A program made the position numbers and the translations under genes. 64,000 bases of DNA from NCBI GenBank assembly GCA_965178125.1, contig OZ237768.1:434001-498000 (forward strand), written 5' to 3'. The notes below the pieces were generated by a model. That model was given only the letters and a program-made list of their open reading frames with translations. It was not told the DNA's origin and searched no databases. Numbering within the stretch: position 1 is the first letter of the stretch; the number at the start of each line of letters is the position of its first letter. Source of the stretch: Bilabrum cf. latius. Its lineage: Eukaryota. Positions 50,304-61,600 of this stretch are shown one piece after another.

Positions 50304-50459
50304 TTTCTATATATATTATTAGAAATATATTTTTAAACTATTTTAAACGCCATATTTAATTATAGAGGGCTTAAAGGGGCTATAATAATTAATGAAGGTA
50401 AAAGGTGATTTTTGCCATTTAGCCCTAAAAAATAGATTGTGATATGAATGGTGTATTTT

Positions 50460-50655
50460 AACACCTTCTAAAGTGATGGAACTATTTTTAAAAATTATCT
50501 AAAGGTCCCATACCACCTTCACAAGAGGCCCTACATCCACGTTTTGCTAGAAATACTATATAATTATACGCAATTTGTGGATATAGCCATCGTATAGATT
50601 TTAATATAGCGGTTATATTAAAATATTTTATTAAATTCTAGCCCGTTTATTAAGT
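50460..50655 (-). repeat. Third internal copy of the conserved non-coding element
   Basis: GATGGAACT...CCTTCACAAGAGGCCCTACATCCACGTTTTGCTA...TACGCAATTTGTGGATATAGCCATCGTAT. Confidence 0.85.
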
Positions 50656-50666
50656 TGTAGGGGCTT

Positions 50667-51437
50667 TTAATTATAGATATCTTGTAGTTTTTCGTGTTCG
50701 GCCTTCACATCAAGGGTCAAATATACACGGCTATTCCAAAACTCAGGGCTGTTTATATCATCGCTATTATTAATATTAAAATTTCTTTTAATTTTACAAA
50801 TCATAATTTGTAATTTACGAGGGCTAAACTATTTCTTAAGAGCCTCTACATCGGGTAAATTAATTTCACCAAAAAATACATCATTTCCATTTACGGACAC
50901 TTTATACCTATAATCCTGATTCTCTAATTTAATTAAATCACCTATTATTTTTTTCTCTTCCTCAGGTATCATTTCATCATCAGTTTCTGCTTCTATCTAG
51001 TCTTGTTCGGTACTAACGCTGTTTATTTCACTTTCACTGTCAGGCTCCATACCGGTAAATTTTTCATCTATTGCGGTCTATCTAATTAATTCTGGCGGTT
51101 GTAAATCATCTACATCATTATAAATTTTATTATTCTGTGGTTTATAGTCATTAAATTTATCTAGAATGTATGTTTGGTTAATTTCAAGCTGGTCGTTATT
51201 ATCGTGTTGTATCTTCTGTTTCTCTTCTTTCTTGGGTTTTTTGACGGCTTTTTTCTCTTTAATATCACTAACTATATTTTTATTAATTAATTTAGACGTG
51301 GAAAACCTTCCACCTAAATCTACATACGTAGTAATGGTCTCTAAAATTTTTTGCGTACTATCTGTAATATGGTCTGTAGCCTTATAAATCTGCTTCATTA
51401 GGACGGGATTTTCAATGACATAATTATTAAAGTTCAT
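50667..51437 (-). CDS. Hypothetical viral protein (256 aa)
   Basis: ORF 51078-51437 continues through TAGs to TAA at 50667. Confidence 0.6.
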
Positions 51438-51749
51438 ATCTATAATACTAAGTTATAATTTTTGAGTTTTAAAAAAACGCTTAGAGGTGGGGGGGTTATG
51501 TGGGGGTTATCCCTAGCCTTTAGGCTAGGGTTATGGGTCTGGCTTCAATTATTCAATCCAATTCTCCTTCCTTTGCGGTTCCATCCGTCAGTTTATACCC
51601 TCCTGCCCTACATTTTCATCACTTCCTCGTGCTGGAACTTCTCACTGCTACCACTGGAATCGGCTATCGTCTACCACCTTCTCATCTTCATCTTCGGAAC
51701 CTGTGCTACGCCAAAATTTATCTGGACCACACATAAAACACATAAAACA

Positions 51750-52217
51750 ATGGCCGGGGTTTCTACAGATGTTAATGATGAAGTAATGAAGGCGCTTATT
51801 GCTGGTATTGAAGACATTGGAGCAGTGGGCGAGGAGTGGGACAGGGTTCTTCAATCTTTTGACGGCGAGACTGCCACGGTGAAGCTAGGCGAGGAAATCC
51901 AGACCTATGAGATTATCACCGAAGAAGAAGCAGACAAACGTTTGGACGACCACGCTACAGAGACGCTTGCTTCCTTCGTTCCTGCGTTCCTCTCGCGCTT
52001 CCTGCCTTGCGATGCCGATATCATAAGCACCGCTACCGCTGACGCGAACCACAGCGAGGCTTTAAGCGCCCTTCTTAAGTCATTTATAGTGGCTTAGGGG
52101 CGCTGGGACGACCTCATTCAGGCCTGTAAAGATGAGGACGGGCTGGGACATTTTCTAAACAGCTACGACGGGAGCACGAGCGAGCAAAATGGATACGTGG
52201 TGATGCGTGTGGATTGA
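51750..52217 (+). CDS. Acidic hypothetical protein in the intermediate-GC segment
   Basis: MAGVSTD...FIVA(TAG)GRWDDL...DGLGHFLNSYDG...TGA. Confidence 0.6.
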
Positions 52218-52400
52218 TTGGATTGACTGAGACCACAAATGAAACATTGAAATGCTCTTCAATGCGGGATTCCACCCGTGTCAATGCTGGAAGCACGGTT
52301 CGTACCCTGCTACACACGACAGCGTGGCCACTCCAATATAGCCGTGTCCCTACCAATAACAAACACGACAATTTATAATAAAAAAGGTTGTTCAACCTTC

Positions 52401-53094
52401 TCACTTCTCCATCTTGGGCTAAGAACCCGCCGTCCGGGGATAGTCCTGGATGAGATTCTCATTGCCGCGAAACCGCTTGGCTGGTGCGGCGATGCCAGAT
52501 TCCAGAAGAAGCTACTTGTTGAAGTCTTGGCGGCGCTTCCTCTTCTGGTTCTTCTCCAAAACATCACCAACGAGCGATGGGATGTCATATGCTGGAAGAA
52601 ATGGCTTGAGGATAGCCATTTTCTGTGCCAAGAACGCCTGTGTCTGCCTCGTCTCCGCGTAATCTCTGCCGTGATGTAGAATCTTCAGCACGCCATTAAT
52701 CCGGTCAAAGTCAGCATCGGTATCGTCAAGACTCCCCTTGGGGAATATTGAAGCGATAACAGCGAGTAGAGCCTTTGAGTTGACGCCTGTCGGTTCCAAT
52801 GCTCCGACCGCCTCCCGAATTGCCTTCTCCAGCGACTTCCCGGTTTGCTCAACGAGGTGCATGTCCCCTAGTAGCCTTGAATGCGCTTTCAAAAGCTTCT
52901 TGGGGTTCTTCTCGGTTTGTACGGTGTCCTGGAAGGTGAGTAGCGCTTCCGTTCCCGTTTTCTTGCGTTGGTCGGGCTTGAAGAGCTGCGTTGGCGAGCA
53001 AAACCGGTGCGATAGATACAGATACGGTCAGCAAAGCAATTTCCATATGTTGATTATCTATCCTGTGGATTCTTACCTCAATCTTGCGGTCCAT
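52401..53094 (-). CDS. Hypothetical protein with a predicted spliceosomal intron (52986-53076)
   Basis: Exon 1 MDRKIE|GTAAGA...GCTGAC...CAG|LFKPDQ in phase 0 joins ORF 52512-52892, which continues through TAGs to TGA. Confidence 0.45.
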
Positions 53095-53207
53095 ATCTAT
53101 TGTTTTAGGCTGGTGAAGTGATCAGCTGGCCTACAGCGTCATCGTTCCGGGGTGTATTGAACTGTGGCGCTTGTGGTATTGCGATGACGAGTGTAGCAAG
53201 TTGCTGT

Positions 53208-53628
53208 AGCGCGTTTGTTCCATTTGTGAAGGTATAAGCGAGGATAAGGGGGTATAATGAAGGTAGTTTAGAAGGTTGAATAATGGAGTCCCATAAAGTG
53301 ATGGAACTTTTGGCTAGAAAATGGCTAGAGTCCCATAACACCTTCACAAGAGGGCTACATCCACGTTTTGCTAAATAATACATATACTAATACGCAATTT
53401 GTGGATATGGTCATCGTATAGAGTTTTATATATAATTGATTTTCTATAATTAGAAGGATAAAGCAGTTATATGAAGTAGCAGTATGAAGAGGCTCACCTT
53501 GACTTTTGGAGCGACTAGCGAGAAAAGGAATGGAGAGAGGGAAGAGCTTTAGCTCTGACTGAACGTAATTATTGAAACTTGTTTCCTTAACCGAAGGGAA
53601 TAAATTTATTTATTACCGTAGCGGGGGG
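53208..53628 (-). repeat. Right terminal inverted repeat (421 bp)
   Basis: Ends ...TTATTACCGTAGCGGGGGG, followed by TGCAA. Confidence 0.95.
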
Positions 53629-53900
53629 TGCAATATCTCTCCTCTCTGGAGCCTGTCGCCATTTGCCGGCTTCCTCGCGGCCAAAGCGCTCACATTGCAG
53701 GACAACTTGTCAAGTTTGTCAGAATCCGGGTGTGCATTCCAAATGTCGCGGCTCTGACTGCTGCTGCTGGCGTGAACCGAGGCTTACGACATGATGGAGC
53801 CAGCGCTGCGAAGGTGCTGCTGACCTGTTGCTCGTCGCCCGTGCACACTGACCGCCGAACAGGCGACGAGAGCTACAAATATAGAAACTATTGATCGCAT
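53629..53900 (-). pseudogene. 5' part of B-lectin copy D (the virophage target)
   Basis: Signal peptide and ..DRLQRGEIL; contains an in-frame TAA (TCG TAA GCC). Confidence 0.8.
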
Positions 53901-54276
53901 GTCTGCAAATCTGAGCCTGATACGACCGTGATTTCCAAACTTAGCATGCAGCAGCGCGTGCAAGCGCTTCAGCAGACCTCAAAGGGGAGCGGGGCCCCCG
54001 GGGGGGGAAAGGGGGGACACCTTCCTGAGCCTGTCGATGCTGATGTTGCACCTGAACCTGTCGGAATATCTCCGCAGATGCATTGAAGTGACTTGTAGCG
54101 AGTGGGCCTTATTGAAAGCGGTGACTCTTGCAATCATTTCGATTCGAGCCCTTGGCGAGACATAGACTATCGTATGCATCCACACAGAGGGCGAGAGCGG
54201 TCTGTGTCATGATGAGGATGAGCACCACCCGAGCTTTCAAGACTGCCGAACATAGACAACCCTCTCAGCGGCTCAT

Positions 54277-55944
54277 TTATTTCTGCGACTTGCCCGCATA
54301 ATTAATCGCCTTGTCGAAGCCGGACATCGGGTATCCCTCAGGGGGCGCCCCCCCAAAGTAGTCCTTGATGTCATTGTTGTTATCCGACCACCACATACCG
54401 TAGAAAGTAGCCTGCTGGAGCAGCATCACCCTGGAGTCCTTAAGCTCCAACACCCTGGCCGTGGGCTAAATGTAGGACGTGTCGATGCTCCACAGGTACG
54501 CCCCGCTGTCCATGTCCACGAGAGCAAGATCTCCCGTGCGGTCGCACTCCTCCCCCGTGATGACGAGTGCGCACTTCTGGGCATTGCCCCGGGTATCCGT
54601 CTTCCAGTAGATGACTCCGTGATTTTTCGTCCCCACCAGGTTGCAGTCGTCCTGCACCGTCAGAGTGGCCTTGCTGTGGGCACCCTGCTGGAGCGACTGC
54701 CCCATGGCAAGCACCTCATCGTCCCACAGATGGTATCCCTGGGCGGCAGGTCGCTTAGCAAGCGCCTTGGGGTCGCAGCGAGGAGCCCACCCATTGATGG
54801 CCGCCTGCAGCGCCGCCGTCTTGAGACCGTTGCCGAAGGTGTTGTCGTCGTCAGGACTGTCCAGGTCTTCTGACCCCGTAGACCACACGATCGCACCTCC
54901 CTGCTGGAACAGTACGGCATTCCCGTCACCCTGCAGACGAAGGGTGTCTGCACCCGGGTACATCAGCGAGGTAGGCACCCGCCAGATGTACTGCCCGGAG
55001 GCGCTGTCCACGATGGCCAGGTCGCCCTTGGTGTCGCAGCCGTCCCCCGTCATGACCAGTGCGCACTTCCCCTCGGTACCCTTGCCCGCCGTGTGGGTCG
55101 CAAACCGCGCCTTGCCCCCTCGGTACACCACCAGGTTGCAGTCTCCCTGCATGCGCAGCTCGGCCCCCTCCTCCTCGCCCGCCTTCAGGGCGGCCCCGGC
55201 TCGCAGCACCTGCTTCGGAGACAGCACGTCGCCATCGGTCACTTGCTGGTACGACGATTGCAGGGCCCCTGCATCGCACTGCAGACTGTGCACGTCCTCC
55301 CGCACCTCTATTTCGAAGTGGAGGTACCCTCCCCGAATTGGGTCGTTCTCATTCTTTTTTGTGCTCCACAGCAGCTGCGCGCCTTCCTGAAGGAGTACGG
55401 CATTGCCGTCCCCCTGGACCAGAAACGTGTCCACCTCGGGTGTGAAGAAAGAGGATGCCACTCGCCAGAGGTACTTGCCCGTATCCGTGTCGATGATGGC
55501 CAGGTCTCCCTGCGTGCTGCAGGATGCATCCGTCATGAGGAGCGCGCAGTGGTTGGGAACCTTGTGCTTTGGGTTGGCCGAGACGACTGAATTTACGACC
55601 AGCTTACAGTCAGCCCGGAGCCACATAGTAGTCGAACCCTTGGACAAGCCATTATCGAGTGGTCCGATGGCGGATTTCAGAATCTCGCCTCTCCGGAGCC
55701 TGTCGCCCTTCGCCGGCTTCCTCGCGGCCAAGGCGCTCACATCGCAGGAGAATGCATCAACTTTGTCAAAAGCCGGGTTTGCTTCCCACTCTTTGCGGGC
55801 CACAGTGAAGAGGTCGTCAAAACTCCAGGCCGCCGACATAGAGCCAGCGCTGCGAAGGTGCTGCTGGCCTGCTGCTCGTCGCCCGTGCACACTGACCGCC
55901 GAGCAGGCGACGAGAGCTATCAAAACAGAAACGATTGATCGCAT
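54277..55944 (-). CDS. Secreted B-lectin protein, copy E (555 aa, 1 in-frame TAG)
   Basis: 492-aa ORF continues DTSYI(TAG)PTAR...KSQK-TAA. Confidence 0.88.
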
Positions 55945-56313
55945 GCCTGCAAATCTGAGCCTGATACGACCGTGGTTGCCGAACTAAGCATGCAGTAGCG
56001 CGTGCATGCGCTTCAGCAGACCCCGAAGGGGGGGCGGGGGGTGCAAAGTGGGGACACCTTCCTGAGCCTGTCGATGCTGATGTTGCACCTGAACCTGTCG
56101 GAATATCTCCGCAGATGCATTGAAGTGACTTGTAGCGAGTGGGCCTTATTGAAAGCGGTGGCTCTTGCATTCATTTCGATTCGAGCCCTTGGCGAGACAT
56201 AGACTATCGTATGCATCCACACAGAGGGCGAGAGCGGTCTGTGTCATGATGAGGATGAGCACCACCCGAGCTTTCAAGACTGCCGAACATAGACAACCCT
56301 CTCAGCGGCTCAT

Positions 56314-57996
56314 TTATTTCTGCGACTTGCCCACATAATCGAACACATCCTCGAACCTGGGCTCCGGGTATCCCTCAGGAGGCGCCTCATCCATGAAGGG
56401 CAAGTATTGACTGCCGTCATCCGACTGCCAGATACTGGACAGAGTAGCCTACTGCAGCAGAAACAAGCCCTACTCCTAAAGATCCAACGCCCTGGCCGTG
56501 GGCCGCATGTAGGACGTGTCGATGCTCCACAGGTACGCCCCGCTGTCCATGTCCACGAGAGCGAGATCTCCCGTGCGGTCGCACTCCTCCCCCGTGATGA
56601 CGAGTGCGCACTTCTGGGCCTTGCCATGGGTGTCCGTCTTCCAGATGATTTTACTATTCTTTGTCGTCTCCACCAGGTTGCAGTCGTCCTGTACCGTCAG
56701 AGTGGCCTCGATATCGTCCCGCAACCGGAGCGACTGCCCCATGGCCAGCACCTCATCGTCCCACAGATAGTATCCCTGGGCAGCAGGTCGCTATGCAAGC
56801 GCCTTGGGGTCGCAGCGAGGAGCCCACCCATTGATGGCCGCCTGCAGCGCCACCGTCTTTAGACCATTGCCGAAGGTCTTGTCGTCGTCAGGACTGTCCA
56901 GGTCTTCCGACCCGGCAGACCACGCGATCGCACCTCCCTGCTGGAACAGGACGGCATTCCCGTCCCCCTGCAGACGAAGGGTGTCTGCACCCGGGTCCAT
57001 CAGCGAGGCAGGCACCCGCCAGATGTACTGCCCGGAGGCGCTGTCCACGATGGCCAGGTCGCCCTTGGTGTCGCAGCCGTCCCCCGTGATAACCAGTGCG
57101 CACTTCCCATCGGTACCCTTGCCCGCCGTGTTGGTCGCAAACCGCGCCTTGCCCCCTCGGTACACCACCAGGTTGCAGTCTCCCTGCATGTGCAGCTCGA
57201 CCTTCCCATCGTCCGCCCTCAAGGCGGCCCCGGCTCGCAGCACCTGCTTCGGAGACAGCACGTCGCCGCCGGTGACTGGGTGGTATGACGATTGCATGGC
57301 CTCTGCATCGCACTGCAGACTGCGCACGTCCTCCCGCACCTCCAGATCGAAGTAGAGGAGCCCTCCACTGCTCGGATTGTTCTAATCTTGTTGGGTGCTC
57401 CACAGCAGCTGCGCGCCTTCCTGAAGGAGAACGGCATTGCCGTCCCCCTGGACCAGAAACGTGTCGACCTCGGGTGTGAAGACAGAGGATTGCAACCGCC
57501 AGAGGTACTTGCCCGTATCCGTGTCGATGATGGCCAGGTCTCCCTGCGTGCTGCAGGATGCATCCGTCAAGAGAAGCGCGCAGTGGTCGGTGGGATGCTC
57601 CTCGGGGTTGCCTTGGGTGAACGAATCCCACTTGGCATTGCCACTGACAATCAGTTTGCAGTCAGCTCGGAGCTACATCTTCGTCGAACCCTTGGACAAG
57701 CCATTATGGGGCTTGCCGGTGGCGGAATGCAGAATCTCGCCTCTCCGAAGCCTGTCGCCCTCTGCCGGCTTTCTCGCGGCCAAGGCGCTCACATCGCAGG
57801 AGAATACATCAACTTTGTCAAAATATGGATGTGCCTCCCAAATGTTGTCGCGCTGAAACCAGCTGTTGGGGTCGAGCCAGGCAGACGACGTAGAGCTAGC
57901 GCTGCGAAGGTGCTGCTGGCCTGTTGCTCGTCGCCCGTGCACACTGACCGCCGAACAGGCGGCAAGAGCTGCCAAAACAGAAACATTTGATTGCAT
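56314..57996 (-). CDS. Secreted B-lectin protein, copy F (560 aa, several TAG)
   Basis: Four track ORFs in one frame joined by TAG; LLQ(TAG)AT aligns with LLQQAT; ends in TAA. Confidence 0.85.
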
Positions 57997-58686
57997 GCCT
58001 GCAAATTTGTGGTTGATGCGACCGTTGTATTCCGTTGCACTGACATGTGTTATCCGGGACGCAGAGGGCGGCAAGATAAATTGTGTGATGAGAGATGGCG
58101 AGTCACCAAAAGTGAAACTCTGAACCCCGGGAAGGACCCCGTGGCGGGGGGGGGGCAGGGGGGGGGGGGGTTATGATATTTTTTGGACTCAACTCAAAAG
58201 CGCACGCTATCACGAAGAAACATCTGAAACGAGGGCCCGGGACCTACCAGGCTGCAATGGCCTAAACGGCACCCCGGCCTGCTGCCCGTTCTGAGCCAAC
58301 CCTGCCTTGACGTTGGCGATTGCCACGGCGAGGTTGTTGTTTTCGGCTGCCCCTACAGCCAGGCTGGCAAAGTCCTCCCGGACCGCCCTTGCGAGCGCAC
58401 GTTTGGCCTTCGCTGCAGCCCTCCTCGATCCCTTCGAGACAAAATCAAGGATCCTTGAGTAGTCCTGCATGACCCGTGAGTACATAGTGTGGTACACACG
58501 CTGTTTCCCGCGCACGTGCTGATGCTAGGCGGCGACGGAGAGGCGAGCCTTTGCCACATGAGACCACCAGAGGCGCGTGTTGGCCGGACGAGTCGAAACC
58601 CGCCGCCCTTCGTTCTCCTACCTCTTCATCCGCATCTTGTCGAGCACCTGCAGGACCAACCGACTGTTGGTGACACGCGTAAGAGA

Positions 58687-61600
58687 TTAGCTCATGCCTC
58701 CACGGCTAAATGCTGCCATGGCCGCACTGCAGCGGCGCACAGCGAGTTCACACTGCGCAATGTCAGGATGACCTGCTGGCAGAGTCTTTTTCTTGATCGC
58801 GAGGGCTAGCTCGAACTGCTCCAGAGCCTGACTGTGGCGGCCCTGCTTGCCGAGCACTTTCCCTAAGTTGCTACGCTGAGACGCAACCGTGGCGTGCTCC
58901 GCTCCGTAAATCGCAGTGAAAATATGAATCACATCCTCGTACTCTTTCTAAGCCTAAGCGTGCTTACCCAGCTGGGAGTGACACGACGCTATCAGCTGCA
59001 AAGCCGTGCCGTATTCGTCAGTAGGATGATCCACCGACCCGGGGAGCTTCTTTGCTGCATCCTGCGCCAATCTCAACGCTTTCTCGACTTGCCCCATCTG
59101 CCGGTAGCATGTAGCCATATTTGCCATTGCAGAGGCAACCATTCGATGGTCAGGACCGGCCAATTCCCGCAGCAGATCTGCCTGCTTCTGAAAGAACTCC
59201 ACTCCTTTTGCGTGGTCATCCAGCGAGTCGTGGCACGCGGCAATCGAGCCCAGGATGATTGCATAGCTCATGGTCTTCGTTTGTTGCTTCGACTAGTAGA
59301 TGCGCGCCGCGGTCAAGGCTGCCTTCAGGGCCTCGTCATTCTTGGCCATGGCTCGAAGATGCACGGAGTAGTTGGAGAGATAGTCAGCGTACTCGGGATC
59401 CTGCATGCCGAACTTTTTGGCAACGATCCGACCGAACGTTCGGTACGCCTCATCCGCTCTCTTGTAATCGCCCATTGCATGGTATGTCCCGGCAAGGTTC
59501 GCCATCGCGTTTCCGACCGCCACATTGTCGGCGCCAAACGCTTTCGCCAGAATCCTGCAGGATCGCTCCAGCACCGCACGAGACTCTGCAAACCTGCCCA
59601 TGTTCCTGAGACACGGGCCTTTGTGCCCCAGAAGCTTACCCGTTTCTGGGCTTTCAGGGCCGGTCGTCGCAGTAAAGATCTGCTCTGCTCTCTCAAATGT
59701 CGCCAGTGCTTGGTCAAAGTCGCCCTTAGCCTCCTGCGTGTTCGCAATGCTATCCAGCACAGACGCGTACTCCACCGAAACTTCACCATCCGTGGCTTCT
59801 ACAGCCATCAAGATATTATAATACTGCCGTAAAGCCTCGTCGTGCTTGCCCTCTTCTCGCAAGCCACTCGCCACCGCCATCTCCCCGGACAACGAAACTG
59901 ACCCGCTTGAGGTCTTGCCGATTGCTATCGAACTCCTGCGAAGTCCGTACGAATTCAACAGCGCGGCCACGACTGAAGGCTTGCTTTCAATCAGTAGGCC
60001 AGACAGGCGGATGACCGCTCGAAGTCCTACAGGACGCAGTGCAGCGCCAAGACCCCCGATTGAAGCAAGCGCAAGAAGCAGAGAAGGTTCTCCAGATTCC
60101 ATGCCCTGCTTTCCTTCTGCCGCGCATCGTTGCACGTGAGCAAGCTCCGCAACGAGCTGCGTGAGCTTGTGAGTTGCTCGGGCCTGGCGCTCCCCATGCG
60201 TCTCATCTTTCCCCACAGCCGACCTCACGATCGCCTCGCTGATGCCAGTCGCGCCCGATGCGGCTGGCGAGTGACTGATCACCGTCCCCCCATCGTTCGA
60301 GTGGATCGCACTCAGATGATGCAGGCTGTGCGAATGCACGAGCTTACCACCCAAGCCACTCACCAACTCCCCCACGCTCTCATCGCCATCCGACTCCATC
60401 GTCAGCCGATGCGCCCAGCCGGGAATCAGTCCCTTGCTCGCAAATGCACGGGCCTCGAACACAACTCCGTCCACCAAATGATCATGCTAACCTACAGGCA
60501 GGCCCAGCGCACGCTGCAGGGTATATCGCATGCCGTGCAATGCCTCGGCAGCAGGCGTGCCAGGGCTCGGCAGGCATGCAGACAGCACTCCCGCAGCACA
60601 CGACTGCGCCTTGTCCTGGTGTCTGGCATCCAGCAGCTCCTGCGCTACTAGACCAGTGTGCCTTAGCGCCAGTCCCCTGCTGTGCAGCGCCTGCTTCACC
60701 ACCGACCTGCACCATGAGGCCACCCGCCAGTCCATGGTCACGCTCACAAGCGCATTCGCGTCATCAGGCAACTTGACATCCAGCTCCTGGATGACCTCCG
60801 CCAGCTGATCCTTGGATTGCAGACCCTCCATCGTGGCGCGCAGGTCACGCAAACGGGACCTGCCGTCCAACGACCTCCGCCCAGTGCTCATGCAGCAGTC
60901 CGGAGACACGAGCGGCAGCTTCAGCTTGCTTGCCACGCTAGCTGCCTCGGGTGGCATCAGGCATGTCAACTGCGGGTTGCGCCCCGAGTACAGTCCAGGA
61001 GCAGCTGCCAGCACCCATCCGTGAGTCCCAGACTCGCTGCCTGACTCGTGCCCGGTCCCCAGCGGCATCTTGAACAAGACACAGCCAGTCCCCTCCATCA
61101 TGCGGTGGAACTCAATGGGTCTGTCGCTCGACTGGTCCACGTGCTCTGCTAGCCTGGGATCCTGCTTCACGAAGTCGGTCGCACTGGCCAAGAGAGCTTC
61201 TGTCCAACACCGCCGGTGGGGAGGAAACTGGCCGCCATACCGCATGAGTCGCAGCTGTTGGGCCGTGCCTGCAATCACCGTGAAAGATGGAGTTGGTGCA
61301 GGGGCTTCCGAATGATCTGAAGCTCCATGCGTTGATCCTTGCTTGACAGGCAGGAACACCCACACCCGAGGCAGGGCATCTTCTGTCCACAGCCAATCGA
61401 TCCACTTGCGATCTGGCATCAGAAGCCGATGCATGTCGAGCACATAGCGGCGACCATCAGGTGCCTGGTGCACTTCGACATCGAATGGGAGCAGCGATTT
61501 CCAACTTGAATCGCTTGACGGCACGACAACGTTGCTGTGGACAGCACCAGAGAGCGGCATAGTTGTGCCCAAGTCTGCTTGGGATGCTTTGATTTGCTCT

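Larger units (their letters stand above)
26687..53628. mobile_element. Complete endogenous virophage (Lavidaviridae/mavirus-like, integrase-encoding), 26,942 bp
   Basis: Sharp AT-rich island; 421-bp TIRs; TSD TGCAA (26682-26686 and 53629-53633); ATPase-protease-minor capsid-major capsid cluster in mavirus order; rve integrase; PolB. Confidence 0.93.

Noticed and set aside
51511-51534. Telomeric repeat (TAGGGTTA-like)
   Set aside because: Only a single unit within a hairpin, not an array
26687-53628. Element is a decayed, pseudogenised virus or bacterial contamination
   Set aside because: Interruptions are TAG only, frames are preserved, TIRs are nearly identical, and the TSD sits precisely within a host gene
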